A stretch of 64,000 nt of DNA from Macrostomum hystrix (Eukaryota; Animalia; Platyhelminthes). The stretch lies in NCBI GenBank assembly GCA_950097015.1, contig CATNEN010000031.1, positions 496,001 to 560,000 on the forward strand, given 5' to 3'. This document shows positions 56,560 through 64,000 of the stretch, piece by piece. The notes beneath the pieces were generated by a model, which was not told where the DNA came from, made no database searches, and saw only the letters and a list, made by a program, of their open reading frames with translations. Each line of letters starts with the position of its first letter. Positions within the stretch are counted from its first letter, which is position 1. A program made the translations under genes and the position numbers.

Positions 56560-58213
56560 CTGTGCTGAGTATGAAAAGAAAAAGATATTTATCGAAACAT
56601 GCATAAACTGGATGAGAGCCCATTCAGAGAATATACACTAGTTTATTCATCAGCAACTTCAACATGCCAGCCATTAGATATTGTGTCTTTTTGTATAGTA
56701 CTTTTATGTAGCTATCTTCATACGATGTGACCTCAATTGTAAATAAAATCTCAATGCAGCAGTCATTTTCAAAATTGAGAAAATTTTATGCTCAAGAATA
56801 TGACTTCTTATGACATCTAGCTATAATTAAGTATTTCCAAGCATGCATTTCAGTCATTAAATTTAATGTCCAATACATTGAAGATATATATGACTGAAAA
56901 TAAAAACAATTAAGTGTTTTGTTTTCGCAACGTATCTGTTTAACGTAAAGCTTGTTCATTTGACTTGAAGCAAACTTATAATTATTATAATCGAATTTTA
57001 CTTATAAGTATATATAATATGTAATGTAATGCATAGCTAATTGTTGAGTATCGGAATACTCATGTCAAAGCAGATTGTCTTACATTGACAATGACACATT
57101 CAACCACATTTAAAATAAAGCATCAAAAAGGTGATTGATGATGTTTCCTTCCCTTTCGATCGCTTAGTTGATAGATGGATGTCGTTTGCTAAAGATATGT
57201 TATTTATAAGGTTTGAAAGCAGTTAATTCCCTCAACCTGTCCCTGCTATACACTTGTGGTTGCGTTAAAATAAACATGTCAAATAATATAATAATATTAA
57301 TCTGTCATTTTTATGGGGATGCAAGCGCTCAATACTTTTCTGACGTTCACTCCTTTGGCACTCAGATTTCATCACTTCTTTGCGCAGCCGCATCAATTAC
57401 CTATGCGATAATGGTTTGGATTAAAATGTTTTAAAATGTAATCTCTATACACAACGAAAAGCAACAGCATGTCGAAGAAGTTAGTAGCCTTGAATAACAA
57501 TTTTCATTACACAGTAAAACAGGTAAAGAAAGCGAAATGGTCCTATACACTTTAAATATAGGGGACAGTAACCAATGTATATAGCTTTTGTTTAAATTTT
57601 ACAGTGTTTTAAGTTCGTTACGTGGGTATGTACATGTCACGTGTTTGAAAATGCATATACATATACCCATTCGGGAACGCATGAGTTATGAATGCGGAAT
57701 ATGTTTGACAATTTCAATTTCAGCTCGAAGTAGCATTTTGGAACATTTTATCTACCGGATTTGTTCGTTCGATCGAAATATAGTAAACTGAGTTTTCCAC
57801 CTTATTTATTGTTCTTTTTAGCCATGTGATATGAGTAGGAAGCAAATCGCGTTCTAGAGTTTTCCTTCATAAAGTTACACTGCGCATTTTATTTTGATTT
57901 CAGACATTCAAAACTGTAATTTAAAGTCCTTTAAAACCGGTTACTTCAAATAGCAGCGCTTCTTGCCTTAGCCGACATTCGGGCTGTGACAAATTTAGAT
58001 TCCTAAAATCAATCTCTCATATGCAGTCGTAGCATTCTATGGTAGATATCATGAAAGCTAACTTCACTCATGTTAGTAACCGAATTTTGGCAATGTATAG
58101 TTATACAGATAGTATTAGTCCACAAGGAGCACACTAGTTACAAAAGGTCATCGGATTTAAACCATCTAATGCCTTTTGTGGCGTCATTAGCCACGTGAGT
58201 TCCTCATGTATAG

Positions 58214-61200
58214 ATGGGAATCTTGAGCACAATTCGTGGTAAACTGCGAGGTGGCAAACGGCCAAACTCCAGACGCTTAAAAGACAGCTCTCTAAGCCAC
58301 TTTTGCGGACTTCGAACTTCGCTCAACTCGACCGAAAACACATCCAGTCCAAGGAAGAATATCGAAATGACACAAAACTCGTCCATCAGCAGCGGCGGCG
58401 ATTGTGCAGCTATCGTAGTCGCTGGAGAGACTAGAAACACGGAAGCAACCACAAGCAATAATTCAACTGTCACTAGAGCTGTGGCCTTGACAATTTCGGG
58501 GGAGGATGCGGACGCACAAGGCCGCAAGCACACGCGGCGCTGCTTTGAGGCTATCTATTATATGCTGTTCAGTCGCTGCTCAGCCGATTGCTTTCTGCGG
58601 CAGGCTGTGACTGGCGCGCTTATTGACCTGCTGCTGTTGAGTCAGAAGATCTTAGAGCCTAACGCGACCAAGTTGGGGTGTTCAAGTGTAGTAGACTTGT
58701 TTGCTGTGGAAGCCTGCGGTTTGTCTTTCGGAGCGGTGAGGCAAAATGTTTTTATGTCAAATCTTGCTTAACAAATCTTAGGCGCATCTAATTTGGCATG
58801 ATTCCGTGAAAAAATAGCACTATGCCGGCGACACCGTAGAATTGCTTCATTGTCTGAAATGAAAGTATCATGGCTTTCTCCTAGTACTTTTGATATACTT
58901 TACCTCACTTTCTTAAAACAGGCGGAGACTAAAACCTCTCTATCAGAGTCGGATTTGACAATCTACAGTGGATTAATTAATACCAGTGAAAATTTCTGCA
59001 GCAACGTGAACAACGTCAACATCAACAAAACACCAAAGGAACTGATTTCAGCAACAGCTACGACGTCAAATCTTGCTGCCACCACAACAGCCAAGGACTT
59101 AGATCGAGGCCTGGTCGGAAGAAGGGCTACGTTAGAATCGAGCCCAGACCAACTCGAATCTGACAGAAGTCGCATACTTCGAAACCAGATCGTCCACCGC
59201 GGTAGTCGCTTGCAGCCTAGAGTTCGAGCGATTCAGTCGGGGACAACACGGACCGTTATAAGAACTGCGACAGCGACAGCGACTACAACAGCTTCGTCAT
59301 CTTCAATCGCATCGGAAACCACTTCGGCCTCAGGGTTTAAGTCGCGCTCATCATCCTCTGCGCGAAGCAGTTGTGGTTCATTCTGCACACATTTCAGTCG
59401 GAAGAGCTGCTCCACCGAGCAAAAAAGCCAGTCGAACCGTCGACGGGATGGTTTGCTAAGAGACGTCGGTGAAGAAAAAGCTGCATCGGATTCTGAAAAT
59501 CGTCGACGTCAACGCGAGAAAAAGTCGCGACAGTCATTGAATCAGAGGCAACTTCAGGAGCGACAGAAGGAGAGACACAGAAAGACGAGCCGCGAGTCAC
59601 CGTTGTCGGTTGACTCTGACTTAAGTTACGGAACTTTGGACGAAGAAGCTGAAAGTACTAAAAACAATTTCGACAGAGATCAGATAGCGAAGCATGGTAG
59701 TCATGGACGACGTAAGTCCTTGGTGCCCCGAGACTCAAGCGTTGAACATCGGCGAGATTCTCATCGCGACTTGCGCCCTGATGCTGTTCGCAAGCCTCGG
59801 CGTCGTCGGCAGAATTCCCAGGATGATGACTGGTCAGAAACTGGAAGCCAGCTCCGCCATGAGACCGAAGCAAAGCGTTTGCAAATCTTCAAGAATATGC
59901 GACAGCCACCCGATCAGTACCAGTACCAAAGTCAGTCCCAAACGGATACTATGTCACAACAGCAAGGAGTTCCGCTGCCAAGAGCTTGGCGTGCATTTTC
60001 TGATAGCAACTCAAATGAAGTAACGGAAGAGGAGTGCCACCTGTGCGAGCTGGTTGACATGCGAGGTGCAGCTTGGCGCTTGAGCAGTGCTACAGTCATT
60101 GATCCGCATAAAACTAGCAGCTTCCAGCGCATCCTATCGCCTAGAAAGCAACGGCGCCGTCGGCATTGTCGGCAGCGCTCACGTGAGAACCCAGAGCAGC
60201 AAGTGGTTGAGCAGCCACCGATGCACATTCCGATTCAGCCCACTGCGCCGCGATGCTGTCGCGTTATCGACATCAAGATAGACCGCTATCGCAAGAAGGA
60301 CGCTTGTCCATGCTGTAGTAAAGCTGACCCATGTTACAAGTCAGATCCATGTAGCCAGTGCAGTTGCCAGGCGCCTCGACCTCCGGCTGAACAGTTAGTA
60401 TCCAAGGCCCATTGTATCGGAGGCGGTGAAGTACGAGGTACCGGAATCTGCGGAGTAGCAGCAACTTTAGAATTCGACTGCTGCAGTTGCTGCTGCGTTA
60501 GCGGCGGTGGTGGCGACGCCAGCAGTTCGTCTTTTTCTACTCGCCAGAGTCGGGACAGTCGGCGCCGCAGCCGAAATCGCAGTCGCAGCAGTCGACAGCG
60601 GCATCGGAATGACAGCTCAACGGCCTGGCGGCGTAGAGGTTTACATTTTGCGCTTATTTTTATCGAGAAAGTCGCTACGAGCGAGCGAACTCGTATAATA
60701 TCATGGAAGAACTCTTTGAATTCGCACATGTGTAGCCATCACTAATTAAAAATACCATTTTAGATGGCCAGAGCCACTCCACCTGTGATTCAAGGCACAT
60801 AGTCTCTAAGCGTGGGTCTAAAAGCGTGTCCCGAAGCTTCAGTAAAAAAAGATGCCGTCACGACTCCTCGCAACGCTGCTGCTGCTGCTGCTGCAGACGC
60901 TGTTTGGAGAACGCTGATGCCGACTGCCAGCTCTCCGGGTGGAAATCAGCTGATGGGGGTCGCAGCATTCGCGGAAAACGCGGTGACGGTGGCGCAGCCT
61001 CTCGTAGCAGCATGGAGGATGAAACGACGCCACAGTCAAAAGCATCTGTTTCGCAAACAGCTTGTCCACAATCACTGGTTTCTCAGACGGCGAATCAGCA
61101 GTCTATGGGTTCGCCATGTCTCGGACCACCAATTTATGGCCCCGAAACAATTTCTCAACGAAGTATTGGTCCACAAAGTTTTAGTCCGCAATCTCTTGAT

Positions 61201-63514
61201 CAGCAGTTGATGAGCTCTGAAGCCCAGGCGATACCGCCATTGAAGCCAAAGCAAACTGAACAGCCGGCATCCTACCGGTAAGTTATGATGATGTTGGGTT
61301 GCACTCGGGTCTCGGAATCAATATGGACAAATTCGCCTCATATTAATTTCGCCGCATTTTTAGATTTAATCATTTTCTACTGATTCCCATAATATTTTTG
61401 TTATATGTATCCTTCTTAAAGCGATAAGTGCTTTTATTTTACTTTTGTAAGGTATCTAGCGTAACCATAAATCTGTCTGCAGCGCGGCGAAGTTAGATTA
61501 CAGAGCACAGAAGCTTAATTAAGTAACAGTCTCACAGGCGTATCATGCCCTCACACAGGCAATGTCGAGCCTCTGTATGCTATCAGTCTCAGCTAGCAGA
61601 AGAGACTCAGGAGTTCCACACCCGGGATCAGAGCCAGACAGCTGCAAACGTCGCTTCGTTTACTAGGACCAGCAGCTGTAGGGAGCTATGCTGGCCCAAC
61701 CAGGTGTCGATAGGGTGTGCAGTATCCCGAACTGCAGAGACCAACTGCGGCGGACCTCCCGCGAACTCGGCGTCAGAGGCATCCCTGGCACCAAAATCTG
61801 AACATTTTATAGCCGGCGTGTCCGATCCGGATCGACCAACGGTGGTAAGCCAGCCCGACGACCCCGCACTAATTGGCTACGCGCAAAAAAACTCGGCGCC
61901 ATCACAGCGTGTGGCCGAGCAGAAGTGTGGGCCGCTGATGTGGCAGCGGGCGGATCCAATGAGAGACGACATGACACTTCGGAGCCAGCGCGCCTTGAAT
62001 CCCTGCGGTGAGCCAGAAAGCTAAAGATCCAGGTCCAGTTCAGATGCAGGTCCTTCAGTAGACTGTCACACCTTCTCATGGCTCTTGATTAGACTGCCAC
62101 TTTCTCATGTTTCTTGGGGTTGACTGCCAATCTCTAATGGTCCTTGAGTTGACTGCCAATCTCTAATGGTCCTTGAGTTGACTGCCAATCTCTAATGGCC
62201 CTTGAGTTGACTGCCAATTTCTAATGGCTCGTGAGTTGACTGCCAATCTCTAATGGCCATTGAGTTGACTGCCAATCTCTAATGGCCCTTGAGTTGACTG
62301 CCAATTTCTAATGGCTCTTGAGTTGACTGCCAATTTCTAATGGCCCTTGAGTTGACTGCCAATCTCTAATGGCCCTTGAGTTGACTGCCAATCTCTAATG
62401 GCCCTTGAGTTGACTGCCAATTTCTAATGGCCCTTGAGTTGACTGCCAATCTCTAATGGTCCTCGAGTTGACTACCAATCTCTAATGGCCCTTGAGTTGA
62501 CTGCCAATTTCTAATGGTTCTTGAGTTGACTTCCAATCTCTAATGGTCCTTGAGTTGACTGTCAATCTCTAATGGTCTTTGAGTTGACTGCCGATTTCTA
62601 ATGGTCCTTGAGTTGATTGCATTTTCTCATGGTCCTTCAGTAGACAGCTTTTTTCTCATTGTCCTTCTATAGACTACCACTCTCTCATGGTTCTTGAGTA
62701 GACTACCGCTCTCTCATGGTTCTTGAGTAGACTACCACTCTCTCATGGTTCTTGAGTAGACTACCACTCTCTCATGGTTCTTGAGTAGACTACCACTCTC
62801 TCATGGTTCTTGAGTAGACTACCACTCTCTCATGGTTCTTGAGTAGACTACCACTCTCTCATGGTTCTTGAGTAGACTACCGCTCTCTCATGGTTCTTGA
62901 GTAGACTACCACTCTCTCATGGTTCTTGAGTAGACTACCACTCTCTCATGGTTCTTGAGTAGACTACCACTCTCTCATGGTTCTTGAGTAGACTACCACT
63001 CTCTCATGGTTCTTGAGTAGACTACCACTCTCTCATGGTTCTTGAGTAGACTACCACTCTCTCATGGTTCTTGAGTAGACTACCACTCTCTCATGGTTCT
63101 TGAGTAGACTACCGCTCTCTCATGGTTCTTTAAAATACTTACGAAGGCCGATCAAATTTTCCTATTCGCACAGCTGTGCCGCCTAGCACAGTGATGCTAG
63201 ATGAGGCTGAGTTCCTCCAACCCGCTAGTCCATCCGTAGCGCGCACCGGTGAGCACAGCCCACTGACTGATGAGTCTAGCTGCTCGGCGATCTCCCTGCC
63301 ACTCTGCCAGCACCATCGTGGCCGCCTTACCGACTGCTCAGCAGAGTTTGAGTGTCCAGTGTGCCGCTCTCTAGCATTATTCGAACAGCTCATCCGCTGC
63401 GAACTGCAGCTGCTTGAGACTGAACAGACGGGCGACTGCAGTATCGGCAATTTCGAGCACTGTCTTCGACTTACCCGATGCCTGATAAGGTACACATGCG
63501 CGCGGGATCAATGA
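58214..63514 (+). CDS. Large uncharacterised Ser/Arg-rich, Cys-cluster protein (~1190 aa)
   Basis: Five long ORFs join with consistent GT-AG phases: 58214-58735, 58922-60638, 60764-61277, 61538-62007, 63174-63514 (3564 nt). No family recognised; the 3' end may splice further. Confidence 0.65.
62090..63130. repeat. Two adjacent related 29-bp intronic arrays
   Basis: GAGTTGACTGCCAATCTCTAATGGCCCTT (~62090-62640) then GAGTAGACTACCACTCTCTCATGGTTCTT (~62680-63130). Confidence 0.95.
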
Positions 63515-64000
63515 GCAAGCTGCATTAGTGGAAACCTTCTAATGCATATCGATCCTGATCTGCCTGTGCTGAACTGCCTGTAATGCTGTCGGCCTACCAC
63601 TGCGGTGAGCCATCCCCGTAAGCTGTGAGCTCTATCCACTTTCATGGTTGCCACAGTGCATCGGATCTGATAAATAGTTTTTCCTGCTTTCGCTTTAGAA
63701 AATATGCGTGGGGTCTCTGGCCTCATTTAGGTTTGAGAAACTGTCGGCACCAGCCGTGACTTTGTCCATCTTCATGCGCAGCCATTGACATCATTTCGTA
63801 AAATTTATTTCCGCCCCGTTTTCTACCTCTCCGCTCGCTTGAGGCTCGACAGTTGCTCCCACCTCTACTGCTTTATTTTCGCTACATTGCCTCCTGAATA
63901 TAATTTTTTGTGTAGATTTCCGCATCTTACAGGGAAATTCTACTTATGTTTTATTCGTACTCCGAAGCTGACACAATATCCATTGATTCCATTTTGTATT

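Overview
Eukaryotic, intron-containing invertebrate DNA. GC-rich exons, AT-rich spacers, a different minisatellite in most large introns and acceptor-like AG sites just before start codons suggest a trans-splicing flatworm such as Macrostomum (inference, not verified). 1-7.8 kb is the most unusual part: a Ty3/gypsy-type LTR element whose single open frame reads Gag - internal signal peptide - class III (herpes gB/chuvirus G-like) fusion glycoprotein - TM - aspartic protease - RT stub - integrase tail. The envelope therefore sits between Gag and protease, and most of pol is deleted in frame. A second ORF resembling a catalytically dead integrase core follows, then PPT, LTR and a PBS-like site. 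Next are a 5'-truncated RT+RNase H LINE (8.05-10.4 kb), TMEM231, a small secreted knottin-like ORF and a decayed LINE. A run of + strand genes follows: BTBD1/2-like, MAP2K5, ANKS3, IQCC, EXOSC6, DHX38/PRP16 and a non-alpha nAChR-like subunit. The window ends with a minus-strand VWA/DUF4537-like gene and a large orphan gene. IQCC, and probably ANKS3, lack their own in-frame ATG and may borrow one from the spliced leader. Gene models were built by eye from protein similarity recalled from memory plus splice-site and phase consistency; no database searches were run.
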